Below are positions 17,684 through 26,860 of a stretch of 64,000 bases of DNA, one piece after another. The number at the start of each line of letters is the position of its first letter. Positions within the stretch are counted from its first letter, which is position 1. This DNA comes from Clostridia bacterium (lineage in GTDB: Bacteria; Bacillota; Clostridia; Oscillospirales; CAG-272). The stretch spans positions 25,994 to 89,993 of the forward strand of contig JAFTOI010000029.1 in NCBI GenBank assembly GCA_017463865.1, in the 5' to 3' direction. The notes under the pieces are model-generated. The model was not told the DNA's origin. It was given only the letters and a program-made list of their open reading frames with translations, and ran no database searches. The translations under genes and the position numbers were made by a program.

Positions 17684-18703
17684 TCAATACAGGCTGCCCG
17701 AGTTCACGATCGGCTGCGCGTCGCGGTTGCCGCAGAGCACGACCAACAGATTCGACACCATCGCCGCCTTGCGCTCGTCATCCAGCTGCACCGTGCCGCC
17801 CTGCTCGAGCCGCTCGAGCGCCATCTCGACCATGCCGACCGCGCCGTCGACAATCATCTTGCGCGCGTCAATGATGGCCGACGCCTGCTGCCGCTGGAGC
17901 ATGACCGCGGCGATCTCGGGGGCATAGGAGAGATTGGTGATCCGCGCCTCGATGATCTCGATGCCAGCCTCCGTGACGCGGGCCTGAATCTCGTCCCGGA
18001 TGCGGGCTGCCACGATCTCGCTCGAGCCGCGCAGACTGCCGTCATCGGCCAGCCCGTCGCCGGTCGTATCGACACCGGGCGCGACATCGTAGGGGTAGAT
18101 GCGCACAATGTTGCGCAGCGCCGTGTCGCACTGGAGCGAGAGATATTCCTTGTAATTGTCGACATTGAACACCGCCTTGGCCGTGTCGACGATGCGCCAC
18201 ATCACCGCGATGCCGATCTCGACCGGGTTGCCGAGGCAGTCATTGATCTTCTGGCGGTTATTGTTGAGGGTCATGATCTTCAGCGACAGCTTCTTGTTGA
18301 CCATCTCAACGCTGGCCGACGTACCAGCGGCCGTGAGGACAGCGTCACCGACCGACTTGACGTCGCCGCTCTGATTCAGCTTCGTCTTGGCGGCGGGGTT
18401 GACAGCAGTGCAGAAGGGATTGACGAAGTAGAAACCCTCACCCTTGAGCGTACCGACATATTTGCCGAAGAGAGTCAGCACCAGCGCCTCCTGGGGCTTC
18501 AGCACCTTCAGCCCGGGCAGCACGATCCAGCCGAGGCAAAGGTAGGCAACGCAGACGATGATCAACGTCACTCCCCAAACCGCGCCGGAATCGGCCGCAA
18601 GGCCGCCGACGATCGTCCCAGCAATGGCCACAATATGCAGCAAAATGGTAAGCAGCAGAACAGCCATACCGTTCTTGCGGCCCGATAAAATTTTTTCTTC
18701 CAT
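17684..18703 (-). CDS. SPFH/Band 7 domain membrane protein
   Basis: 339 aa; two N-terminal TM helices followed by an SPFH-type core ([24 protein letters not shown]...). Confidence 0.8.
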   Translation of the reverse strand: MEEKILSGRKNGMAVLLLTILLHIVAIAGTIVGGLAADSGAVWGVTLIIVCVAYLCLGWIVLPGLKVLKPQEALVLTLFGKYVGTLKGEGFYFVNPFCTAVNPAAKTKLNQSGDVKSVGDAVLTAAGTSASVEMVNKKLSLKIMTLNNNRQKINDCLGNPVEIGIAVMWRIVDTAKAVFNVDNYKEYLSLQCDTALRNIVRIYPYDVAPGVDTTGDGLADDGSLRGSSEIVAARIRDEIQARVTEAGIEIIEARITNLSYAPEIAAVMLQRQQASAIIDARKMIVDGAVGMVEMALERLEQGGTVQLDDERKAAMVSNLLVVLCGNRDAQPIVNSGSLY

Positions 18704-18733
18704 GAGGTAAGCCTCCTTATGTTTGGTATCATT

Positions 18734-18762
18734 ATGATATCATACAGATAGGCGTTTGTCAA
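18734..18762 (-). promoter_or_regulatory. sigma-70 promoter of the SPFH operon
   Basis: Minus strand TTGACA (18757-18762), 17 nt, TATCAT (18734-18739). Confidence 0.55.
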
Positions 18763-18782
18763 TAGTTATTTTGTTTTTAAGG

Positions 18783-18811
18783 AAAAAGCCGCCCAGCGGG
18801 CGGCTTTTTCT
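18783..18811 (-). terminator. intrinsic terminator after the methyltransferase gene
   Basis: AGCCGCCC-AGC-GGGCGGCT hairpin flanked by A and T runs. Confidence 0.75.
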
Positions 18812-18821
18812 TGGATGATCG

Positions 18822-19577
18822 TTATTTCGGTTTTCGGGTCAGATAGAGCGTAATGGTATCAAGCAGCTCGATGCGGTCACCCGCCTCGCGAATGGCCTGC
18901 CGCATCCCATCGAACAAACCGCGGCGATCCTCCTCCCGAAGAGCCAGATGGTCACAGTGGGTGCCGCTCATGGCCACGAATTCATCAGCAGTAAAGCCCC
19001 GCCGAGAGGTGAACTTCCGCGTCTCAAAGTCAACAAAGCCATATTCAGGTGCATTGGTGTAGCAAAAGCGCCGTGTATAGGGCTGTATGGGGTGGAAATA
19101 GGCCGCATAGGCCGCCTGAATTTTGTCATACAGCGCAGGATTCGGCGTGCGGTAGTCGGCCGAGATCTTCATCATGACCAGCACACCGCCGGGCTTCAGC
19201 AGGGACATCACCCGCGGAAAGGCTACCTCCTCGTCGATCCATTGGATAGTCGCCGCCGAATAGATGAGGTCAAACTGCACCCCCGCAAGATCGCAAGTAA
19301 CAAAGTCATCGCAGATCAGCGAAAAATTCGCCCTGTCTCCAAACTTGCGGCGCATCACCGCCGCCAAATTCTCCCCCAACTCCACGCCAAGGTATTGACA
19401 GCCTGTGTCAAGCACCGGCTCAGTCGCCTGGCCTGTGCCGGGGCCGATCTCCAGCACCCGCTTATCCGGTCCCAGCGCGGCATATTCGGCCAGCGCTGCA
19501 AACGCCTCCGAACAATACCGCGGCCGCCAGCGGTCAAACTCCTCGGGAATGGTATCAAAAATCAAACGAAATTCCAT
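18822..19577 (-). CDS. class I SAM-dependent methyltransferase
   Basis: 251 aa; motif I VLEIGPGTGQAT; good RBS (AAGGAG). Confidence 0.8.
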   Translation of the reverse strand: MEFRLIFDTIPEEFDRWRPRYCSEAFAALAEYAALGPDKRVLEIGPGTGQATEPVLDTGCQYLGVELGENLAAVMRRKFGDRANFSLICDDFVTCDLAGVQFDLIYSAATIQWIDEEVAFPRVMSLLKPGGVLVMMKISADYRTPNPALYDKIQAAYAAYFHPIQPYTRRFCYTNAPEYGFVDFETRKFTSRRGFTADEFVAMSGTHCDHLALREEDRRGLFDGMRQAIREAGDRIELLDTITLYLTRKPK

Positions 19578-19610
19578 GCGATCAGCTCCTTTTCGGCAAA
19601 ATGGGATATC

Positions 19611-19639
19611 ATTTTACCACAAAGTACTGCCGCTGTCAA
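19611..19639 (-). promoter_or_regulatory. putative promoter of the methyltransferase gene
   Basis: Minus strand TTGACA (19634-19639), 17 nt, TAAAAT (19611-19616). Confidence 0.5.
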
Positions 19640-20955
19640 GCAAAAATTTCGTCCCGCAGATACGCCCCGCTCTCGCGCAGCATGCGCTGCAGGGTGGCCA
19701 CATCGACACGACGCACCTCGCCGCCCGCGTCAACAGCCAGCGCGGCGGCGGCGCCCGCCGCCTGCCCCGTGATGAAGCAGCACGGCATGACGCGGATCGA
19801 CGCCTCCATCTGCCGGTCGGTGCCCATGCACCGCCCGGCGGTCAGCACGTTATCGAAGGACACCGGCACCAACGACCGGTAGGGAATGCCGTAGGACTCG
19901 CCCTTCTTGTAGCGCAGCTTGATGCGATACTCCTCCTCAAACCGCTTCAACTCGGCTTCATCCGTGCTCATGATGTGGATGTCCACCGGATAGCAGTAGC
20001 GGCCGATCTCATCATTGAAGTCGGCGCGGGCAAGGAAGTCATCGACCCCCAGCGTATAGTCACAGCAAATGCGCCGCGACTCGCGCACGCCCAGCATCTC
20101 GCCGGTGCCCAGCAGACGGAGATTGGCACAGCCGTCCACATACTCGCGGTAAAACCGCGCATATTCCTCCATCGACTGCCGGCCCCAGATCATCGCGTGG
20201 GTCATCGACGCCTCGTCAAGGCAGTCGGTGTCGAAGATGTGGCCGAGGTTGCCGCCGGTGTACCCGTCGGTCTTGAGGAAAAAGCCGGGCAGGTGGCGGT
20301 CGGCAAAGGTAAACACGCCGTCGTCGATCGCCTGATACAGCTTGGCCGTCACATTTCCCTTGTCAGCCCGATAGGCCTCCATATCCAGCCCCCCCCACAG
20401 CGAGCAGAGCGTCGGCGGCATGACGTCGCCATTCTCATCGCCCAGCGCGAACTCGCCCCCGGCCAGCGCCGTCAGCGTGCCGTCACCGGTGCAGTCGATG
20501 TACACCTTCGCCCGGACGGCATACATACCCCGCCGCGAGCTGAGCAGAACATAGTCGATGTGCCCGTCAGTCGCGACAGCGTCAACGACGGAGGTGAAGA
20601 ACAGCACCTGCACCCCCGCGCCGATGACCACGCGGTCGTAAGCACGCTTCAATTCCTCAGCATCAATGGGCGTCCAGTAGGTCCCGATCGGCTTGTGCTG
20701 CGACACCTGCGCGCGGATCTCGCCGCCGATGCCGGCACAGAGCTGCCGCTCGCCGTCGGTGAAGGGGGCAAAAGCCGGAACAAGCCCGGTCGTGCCTACG
20801 CCGCCGAAGGCGCCGTTGGTCTCGACGAGCAGCACCTGCCTGCCCGCCCGCGCGGCGGCGACCGCCGCCGTCACGCCCGCCGCGCCGCCGCCGACAACAA
20901 GCACGTCGGTCGTGATGCGGGTCTCGATGGATTTGGTGTAGGTGATCTGTTCCAT
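19636..20955 (-). CDS. FAD-dependent oxidoreductase
   Basis: ORF 19636..21009 trimmed to ATG 20955 (GGAGG upstream); dinucleotide-binding motif DVLVVGGGAAGVTAAVAAARAG. Confidence 0.8.
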   Translation of the reverse strand: MEQITYTKSIETRITTDVLVVGGGAAGVTAAVAAARAGRQVLLVETNGAFGGVGTTGLVPAFAPFTDGERQLCAGIGGEIRAQVSQHKPIGTYWTPIDAEELKRAYDRVVIGAGVQVLFFTSVVDAVATDGHIDYVLLSSRRGMYAVRAKVYIDCTGDGTLTALAGGEFALGDENGDVMPPTLCSLWGGLDMEAYRADKGNVTAKLYQAIDDGVFTFADRHLPGFFLKTDGYTGGNLGHIFDTDCLDEASMTHAMIWGRQSMEEYARFYREYVDGCANLRLLGTGEMLGVRESRRICCDYTLGVDDFLARADFNDEIGRYCYPVDIHIMSTDEAELKRFEEEYRIKLRYKKGESYGIPYRSLVPVSFDNVLTAGRCMGTDRQMEASIRVMPCCFITGQAAGAAAALAVDAGGEVRRVDVATLQRMLRESGAYLRDEIFA

Positions 20956-21005
20956 GTCATCCTCCGTGGGGATTTTTTCTGTTATATCGTATTTGTCGGC
21001 ACAAG

Positions 21006-22478
21006 TCAAGTCTGGAGGCCAGCAAAGGTCTCGTAAATGGTGTCCAGCGACTTCTGCACGGCCTTGTCGATGGTGCGGAAGTAGGACGCTACCTGCAGAC
21101 CGTCCGTCGTGTTGCGCACAAACATTTCCGTGATCCGGTTGCCGATGGTCTGGCTGTGCGCATAGGTGATGTCGAGCATGATGCTGCGGTTGATGATGTC
21201 GATGACTTCCATGTTCTTCTCGATGCGGGTGTATCTGTATTTCAGCGCATCCTCATAGTAAGCGGGCACGACATCCATGTAGCTGAGCGCGCCGTGGGCG
21301 TTGAGCACATCGACCGTCATTTCGGTGTTGTTGGCCGTGGTGGGGATGAAGAACATGCCCGACGCAGTGCCCATCTGCACGCGGTAGTTCTCCTGCGCCT
21401 CGTCATACTTGGGCTGGGGCAGCATAACGAAGTCACTCGACATGTCGCGCAGGCCCTCGACCGTCTCGATGGTGCCGCCCAGAATGATCGCACGGTCGTT
21501 GGTGAAGACCGGCGTCGTCACCGCGCTCTTGGTGTTGGTGAACCAGTCGCTCTTGTTGTCGAAGAGCACCGCCACCTTGTCGATCGCCGCCAGATAACGC
21601 TCGCTGGCCCCGATGAAGGTCAACTTGCCGTCGGCCTCGCGCTTCACCATATCCAGCTGGAGCGCCGTCTGGAAGCCGCGCTGCGGCACGTTCTCGAAGG
21701 CATAGCCGTAAAAGTCCTGATCGTCCATGGTGCTGTTGCCGTCGAGGTCGCGGCTGTAGCCGGTGACCATCCCGAGGAAGGCGTCCAGCGTCCACTTGCC
21801 CTCGATGACCAGATCGACCGGATCGGCCAGCCCATAGTCGCTGATCAGCTTGGTGTTGGCGTACATGACATAGGTCGTCTTGTACATCGACAGCATCGAC
21901 GAGCCAGTCAGGCTGTATAGCTTGCCCGCGACCTGAAGGTTGTCGTAGATGTCGGCCGACCACCACGGGTCGTCGAAATTGATCCCGTCGACATTGACCA
22001 GATTCTGGAACAGCCCCTCCATCGTCATGGGCATGACGATGGAGATCATGCCGTCGACAAGGTCATACGCGCCATCCTGCGCCATGATGCTGTTGCGGAT
22101 GAGGCCGGTGTAGTTCTGGCGTGCGCCCCAGTCGCCCGACTCGGCGATGTAGTTGAGGTCGACGCCGTAGGTGCTCTCAATGGTCGCGTCGCGCTCGAAC
22201 ACCGTGTCGTTGACCACCTCACCGGTGACCTCGGCGGCAAATTCGTAGCTGTGCTGGGAGGGGATGAGGATGTTGAACTGCGCGCCGCCGTAGTTGTTTT
22301 TCGGCAGCTGCTCGAAGAGGCTGGGCGCCTCGGTCTCGGGGGCGGCGGTGGTGACCTGCCCGGCGGCGGTCGTGTCGGCCGCAGGCGTACCGGCGTCGTC
22401 AGAGCAGGCGGCCAGGGCCGGGAGGCACAGCGCAGCCAGCAGCAGGGCGGCAATGGTTTTGTGCATGGTGTGTTTCAT
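21006..22478 (-). CDS. extracellular solute-binding lipoprotein (ABC-type SBP), paralog 1
   Basis: ORF 21006..22544 trimmed to ATG 22478; lipobox LCLPALAAC; long identical peptide runs with the 22587..24056 product. Confidence 0.8.
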   Translation of the reverse strand: MKHTMHKTIAALLLAALCLPALAACSDDAGTPAADTTAAGQVTTAAPETEAPSLFEQLPKNNYGGAQFNILIPSQHSYEFAAEVTGEVVNDTVFERDATIESTYGVDLNYIAESGDWGARQNYTGLIRNSIMAQDGAYDLVDGMISIVMPMTMEGLFQNLVNVDGINFDDPWWSADIYDNLQVAGKLYSLTGSSMLSMYKTTYVMYANTKLISDYGLADPVDLVIEGKWTLDAFLGMVTGYSRDLDGNSTMDDQDFYGYAFENVPQRGFQTALQLDMVKREADGKLTFIGASERYLAAIDKVAVLFDNKSDWFTNTKSAVTTPVFTNDRAIILGGTIETVEGLRDMSSDFVMLPQPKYDEAQENYRVQMGTASGMFFIPTTANNTEMTVDVLNAHGALSYMDVVPAYYEDALKYRYTRIEKNMEVIDIINRSIMLDITYAHSQTIGNRITEMFVRNTTDGLQVASYFRTIDKAVQKSLDTIYETFAGLQT

Positions 22479-22515
22479 GGGGGTATCGTCCTTTCTTCGG
22501 ATTTTTGGTATCACC

Positions 22516-22544
22516 AGTATAACACGCCGTACACACGCCGTCAA
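22516..22544 (-). promoter_or_regulatory. sigma-70 promoter of SBP paralog 1
   Basis: Minus strand TTGACG (22539-22544), 17 nt, TATACT (22516-22521). Confidence 0.55.
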
Positions 22545-22586
22545 CTTTTTTCACATGGCGCAAAAAGTTTTTTCACGATGTGAAAA

Positions 22587-24056
22587 TCAAGTCTCCATCC
22601 CGGCAAAGGTGGTGTAGATAGTATCGAGCTTGGCCTGGATCGCTTTTTCGACAGCGGCAAACTTCGAAGCAACCGGATTCGCACTGACCGTATTGCGGTA
22701 AAACAGCATCTGCACTTCATTGCCGATGGTCTGGCTGTGCGCATAGGTTACGTCGAGCATGATGCTGCGGTTGATAATGTCGATGACCTCCATATTCTTT
22801 TCCACGCGCGTATATTTGTATTTCAGTGCATCCTCATAATAAGCCGGCACAACATCCATGTAGCTGAGCGCGCCGTGCGCGTTCAGCACATCGACCGTCA
22901 TCGCAGTATTCTTGACTGTGTTCGGAATGAACAGCATGCCCGAAGCCGTGCCCATCTGGACGCGGTAATTCTCCTGCGCCTCGTCATACTTCGGCTGGGG
23001 CAGCATGACAAAATCACTCTCCATGTCACGCAGCTTCTCCACGCTCTCGATGGTCTCATTAAAGATGATGGCACGGTCATTGATAAAGATCGGCGTCGAT
23101 ACAGAATTGTTGCCGACAAACCAGTCACTCTTGTTCCCCCACAGTGCCGCCATCTGATCGACCGCAGCCAGATAACGACTGTTCGCACCGATAAAGGTCA
23201 GCTTGCCGTCGGCATCACGCGAGATGACATCCAGCTGAAGCGCCGTCTGGAAACCGCGCTGAGGAACATCCTTGAAGACATAACCATAGAAATCCTGATC
23301 GTCCATTTTGCCGTCGTTGTTGAGGTCGCGGCTGTATCCGGTGACCATCTGCAGGAAATTTTCCAGCGTCCATTTCCCCGCAAGAACAAGATCGACCGGG
23401 TCGGCCAGCCCATAGTCGGTGATCAGCTTGGTGTTGGCGTACATGACATAGGTCGTCTTGTACATCGACAGCATCGACGAGCCGGTCAAACCGTAAAGCT
23501 TGCCCGCGACATTGAGGTTGTCGTACATATCGGCCGACCACCACGGGTCGTCGAAGTTGATGCCGTCCACATCCGCAAGATTCTGGAAAAGCCCCTCCAT
23601 CGTCATGGGCATCAGGATCGAGATCATGCCGTCGACGAGATCATACGCACCGTCCTGCGCCATGATGCTGTTGCGGATCAAGCCGGTGTAGGTTTCGCGC
23701 GTCGACCACTGCCCCGATTCGGCGATGTAGTTGAGATCGACGCCGTAGGTGCTCTCGACGGTCTCGTCGCGCTTGAACAGCGCGTCGTTGACCACCTCAC
23801 CGGTTGCCTCCTCGGCAAATTCATAGCTGTGCTCGGACGGGAGCAGAATGTTGAACTGCGCGCCGCCGTAGTTGTTTTTCGGCAGCTGTTCAAAGAGCGT
23901 CGGCGCCTCGGTCTCAGGCGCGGCGGTCGTCTGCGCGGCAGGGGTGGTGTCGCCCGCCGGCGTCTTATCGCTGTCGCTGCCGCAGGCAGCCAGCGACGTG
24001 GTGAGCAGGACGGCCAGCAGCAGGCCGGAAAGCAGGTTGCGTGCAAATGGTTTCAT
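22587..24056 (-). CDS. extracellular solute-binding lipoprotein (ABC-type SBP), paralog 2
   Basis: ORF 22587..24182 trimmed to ATG 24056; lipobox LTTSLAAC; shares YGVDLNYIAESG, GLIRNSIMAQDGAYDLVDGMISI and SSMLSMYKTTYVMYANTKLI with paralog 1. Confidence 0.8.
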   Translation of the reverse strand: MKPFARNLLSGLLLAVLLTTSLAACGSDSDKTPAGDTTPAAQTTAAPETEAPTLFEQLPKNNYGGAQFNILLPSEHSYEFAEEATGEVVNDALFKRDETVESTYGVDLNYIAESGQWSTRETYTGLIRNSIMAQDGAYDLVDGMISILMPMTMEGLFQNLADVDGINFDDPWWSADMYDNLNVAGKLYGLTGSSMLSMYKTTYVMYANTKLITDYGLADPVDLVLAGKWTLENFLQMVTGYSRDLNNDGKMDDQDFYGYVFKDVPQRGFQTALQLDVISRDADGKLTFIGANSRYLAAVDQMAALWGNKSDWFVGNNSVSTPIFINDRAIIFNETIESVEKLRDMESDFVMLPQPKYDEAQENYRVQMGTASGMLFIPNTVKNTAMTVDVLNAHGALSYMDVVPAYYEDALKYKYTRVEKNMEVIDIINRSIMLDVTYAHSQTIGNEVQMLFYRNTVSANPVASKFAAVEKAIQAKLDTIYTTFAGMET

Positions 24057-24098
24057 CGTTGGATATCCTTTCTGTTTAATTTTGGGGGCTGCAGGCTC

Positions 24099-24127
24099 AG
24101 TATAGCACACCGCAATTTTGCTGTCAA
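24099..24127 (-). promoter_or_regulatory. sigma-70 promoter of SBP paralog 2
   Basis: Minus strand TTGACA (24122-24127), 17 nt ending in TGC, TATACT (24099-24104). Confidence 0.6.
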
Positions 24128-24173
24128 AAAATTTCACATCACGGCAATTCTCGTTCATATGGTGAAAATCTGC

Positions 24174-24202
24174 TTGACACACGCCAGATTTTGTGCTACA
24201 CT
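24174..24202 (+). promoter_or_regulatory. sigma-70 promoter of the IclR regulator (divergent)
   Basis: TTGACA (24174-24179), 17 nt ending in TGC, TACACT (24197-24202). Confidence 0.55.
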
Positions 24203-24221
24203 ACATCCGGGAGGGATGCAC

Positions 24222-24992
24222 ATGATCCAAAGCGTACACAAAGCCATGCAAATCCTATCGGTCATCGCCAACGCGCACAACGAACCGGTCACGCTGGGCG
24301 AGATCGCGCGGCAGACCGGCTTTCCGGGGCCGACCTGCTCCCACATTCTCGACACCCTGTGCACCGACGGCTACGCCAAGCGCGCCCCCTCGCGGGGCTA
24401 TCTGCTGGGCCCCGCCCTCTACTGCCTGACCCGCTTCGGCGGCTACGAGGCCGATTTCGTCGCCCTCTGCCACCCGGTCATGCGATGGATGGAGCGCAAC
24501 AGCAGCGCGACCGTCATCCTGTCGGTCATCGAGGGGGATCAGAAATACAACATCAGCACCCTCGACACCGAGCAGAAGCTCTTCCGCCGGCGCATCCAGA
24601 TCCGCACCGACGACATCTACCGCACCGCCGCCGGCCGCGTCCTCCTCGCGCATCTGGACGACGATGAGATCTACGCGATCTACCAGAAATACGGCCCGCC
24701 GCTCCCCGACCACTGGCCCGAGGTCACCGATTACGAATCGCTCCGTGTCGCCCTTGCGCAGATCCGCGAACAGAAGATCGTCCCCTCGCTTGGCAAAACG
24801 TGGACAGGCTTTCCGCTGTACGGCTACGCCAGCCCCCTTATGCGCAGCGGCCGATGCGTCGGCGCCATCGGGCTTGCGTACCGGCTCGACACGGTCAACG
24901 CCCAGATCGACGCCAAGACCGAAGCCAGCCTGCAGCGCATCCTGCTGCGCGGCATCAAGGAGATCGAGCGGCGTTTGAGCTACGAGGAATAA
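24222..24992 (+). CDS. IclR family transcriptional regulator
   Basis: 3' part of ORF 22737..24992 from ATG 24222 (GGGAGGG upstream); wHTH MIQSVHKAMQILSVIANAHNEPVTLGEIARQTGFPGPTCSHILDTL plus an IclR effector domain. Confidence 0.85.
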   Translation: MIQSVHKAMQILSVIANAHNEPVTLGEIARQTGFPGPTCSHILDTLCTDGYAKRAPSRGYLLGPALYCLTRFGGYEADFVALCHPVMRWMERNSSATVILSVIEGDQKYNISTLDTEQKLFRRRIQIRTDDIYRTAAGRVLLAHLDDDEIYAIYQKYGPPLPDHWPEVTDYESLRVALAQIREQKIVPSLGKTWTGFPLYGYASPLMRSGRCVGAIGLAYRLDTVNAQIDAKTEASLQRILLRGIKEIERRLSYEE

Positions 24993-25037
24993 GCCGAAAG
25001 AGAGCACGCTGAATGCGTGCTCTCTTTCGGCTTTTTA
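24992..25037. terminator. bidirectional intrinsic terminator
   Basis: AGCCGAAAGAGAGCACGC-TGAAT-GCGTGCTCTCTTTCGGCT (18-bp stem) followed by TTTTT. Confidence 0.85.
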
Positions 25038-25058
25038 CAATTTGTTCACATATTTTGT

Positions 25059-26402
25059 TCACGTTTTGTTCATATACGTCAGCGCAATCCCGCCATCTTC
25101 ATGGTAAGTCACCGCGTCGAGGTCGAGACGGAACTCGGCCGCGGCGGCGTAATATTCCTCCTTCGAGGCGAAGATCGGCTTGTAGGCCGCCTTGATGGCA
25201 CGAGCGCGGGCACCCTCGTTCGAGAGCAGCTTGCCCAGCGCCACCTCGATGCATTCGGCCGTCCGAACGCAGGCGGCATAGGGATCGACGATGCGGTAGT
25301 CATCGCCGTGCGCGGTGCCGGCCGAGCCCGATGAATGGGGGTGGATCATCGGCATCAGTGACGAGATATCGCCGGCGTCGGTCGAGCCCGACGAGCGGCG
25401 GGTGGTACTGACCACGCTGTCCGGCCCGGCCAGCTCCCGCATTGACTCGGCCATGACCTCGCCCAGCTCATCGCAGTTGTTGAGCGGGAAGTAACCAAGT
25501 CGGTCGATCAGCTTGACGCCGGCGCCCATCGCGGCGGCCGAGGCGGCCACCGCGCGGTTGATGGCACGGTTGTAGCGGCGGATGACGTCGATGTCCGCGC
25601 CCCGGACATAGGCCTCGGTCACGACCCGCTCGGGGATGGCGTTCACCGCCATGCCGCCCTCGGTGATGATGGGATGGTAGCGCACCTGGCCCTGGTCGGT
25701 GAAGGTCTCACGCAGGGCGTTGGCCGCGTTGATGGCGTTGGTCGCGGCGTAGAGGGCGTTGATGCCCTGCTGCGGCGCTCCGCCGGCGTGCGCCGATTTT
25801 CCCTGGAAGATAGCCTGTTTGACCACGCAGCCGTTGTTGCCGCGGTTGAGGTGGAGGTACTGCCCTTCCCCAAGGCCGGCGGTATGGATCATCATGGCCA
25901 TATCGACGCCGTCGAAATAGCCGCGGCGGACAAATTCCATTTTGCCGCCGAAAAATTCGATGATGCCCTGCTCACGCAGGCCCTCGCGGAAGCCCAGCTC
26001 GATCAGCTCCTCGGCCGGGACGGCCATGAAGCGAATCTTGCCGCACAGCCCATCCAGCGCGCCGGGATTGCGCATGGCGGCGGCCACGCCGACCAGCGTT
26101 GCGCACTGCGCGTTGTGCCCGCAGGCGTGGACTGCACCGGTCACGGGATCGGCGTCGGGGTGGTTGCGGCAGATGAGCGAGTCAAGCTCGCCCATGACGG
26201 CGATGGTGGGGCCGGGGCGGCCTGTATCCAGGTCGGCGTAGAAGCCGGTAATGCCGCTCGCCTCGACCGGCGTATAGCCGAGCTCGCGGAAAATGCCCAG
26301 CAGATAGGCAGTGGTCTTCACCTCGCGGAAGCCGGTCTCGGGGTTTGCCCAGATGTGGCGCTCTGCGGCGAGGACGAGGTCTTTTTGTTTGTCGGTCAGC
26401 AT
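25059..26402 (-). CDS. M20 family amidohydrolase/peptidase
   Basis: 447 aa; MGELDSL...HACGHNAQ metal-binding motifs typical of M20D amidohydrolases. Confidence 0.8.
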   Translation of the reverse strand: MLTDKQKDLVLAAERHIWANPETGFREVKTTAYLLGIFRELGYTPVEASGITGFYADLDTGRPGPTIAVMGELDSLICRNHPDADPVTGAVHACGHNAQCATLVGVAAAMRNPGALDGLCGKIRFMAVPAEELIELGFREGLREQGIIEFFGGKMEFVRRGYFDGVDMAMMIHTAGLGEGQYLHLNRGNNGCVVKQAIFQGKSAHAGGAPQQGINALYAATNAINAANALRETFTDQGQVRYHPIITEGGMAVNAIPERVVTEAYVRGADIDVIRRYNRAINRAVAASAAAMGAGVKLIDRLGYFPLNNCDELGEVMAESMRELAGPDSVVSTTRRSSGSTDAGDISSLMPMIHPHSSGSAGTAHGDDYRIVDPYAACVRTAECIEVALGKLLSNEGARARAIKAAYKPIFASKEEYYAAAAEFRLDLDAVTYHEDGGIALTYMNKT

Positions 26403-26443
26403 GGTGGTGCTCCTTTCGGTGCGCGTTGTGCAGTTCTGGGTCT

Positions 26444-26472
26444 ATTATACCCAAAATCACCGGCCGCGTCAA
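26444..26472 (-). promoter_or_regulatory. proximal sigma-70 promoter of the amidohydrolase gene
   Basis: Minus strand TTGACG (26467-26472), 17 nt, TATAAT (26444-26449), about 40 nt upstream of the ATG. Confidence 0.6.
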
Positions 26473-26482
26473 TCGGTTTCGC

Positions 26483-26751
26483 AAAAAATGCGGAGAGACG
26501 CACAGCATCTCTCCGCACAGCGGTTCTTCTTTCATGGTTCATCTGTCCAAACGAAAGTCAGCTTCTCCCGAACTCGTCAACCGTTCTCCATCTGCCTCTA
26601 TTCAACCAAGGCGTGATGCCGCTACAGCTTTCGTCCGACTTTGGTGTGCAATCGTAACAGCCAGATCGCGGGTCAATTGGTGTGGCCCATTGGCGTGCCC
26701 TCTCTTTGCATTGGCAGCTCGGTGCGTCCCTGTGACGCCCTTTTGCTTTCC
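26483..26751 (-). ncRNA. candidate small RNA or orphan leader of about 270 nt, bounded by its own promoter and terminator
   Basis: Starts after the promoter at 26758-26786; ends at GCGGAGAGA-N9-TCTCTCCGC followed by ATTTTTTG (26483-26516). No ORF with an RBS. Internal long-range helix GTCGGACGAAAG / CTTTCGTTTGGAC. Confidence 0.4.
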
Positions 26752-26757
26752 GATTAC

Positions 26758-26786
26758 AGTATAGCAGATACGCGTTCGTTTGTCAA
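26758..26786 (-). promoter_or_regulatory. sigma-70 promoter driving the candidate sRNA
   Basis: Minus strand TTGACA (26781-26786), 17 nt ending in TGC, TATACT (26758-26763). Confidence 0.6.
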
Positions 26787-26860
26787 GGGGTTCGGTGAAA
26801 TTGTTTCATCTTTGTGTGTTTGCACGATTTTCTCTTCGATTTTTGTGCATCTGTTACAAA

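Noticed and set aside
26483-26751. Assignment of the 270-nt unit to a known RNA class. Classes considered were T-box, SAM-I, lysine and c-di-GMP-I riboswitches, SRP RNA, 6S RNA and RNase P RNA.
   Set aside because: The unit lacks the T-box GGGTGGTACCGCG-type sequence and an antiterminator, and it lacks the SRP domain IV GGAAGCAGC motif and the RNase P GAGGAAAGTCCGGGC motif. Resemblances to the SAM-I core (AAGAGAGGG..TGGGCC..TGACCCGCGA) are too partial to support a call. It is left as an unclassified candidate.
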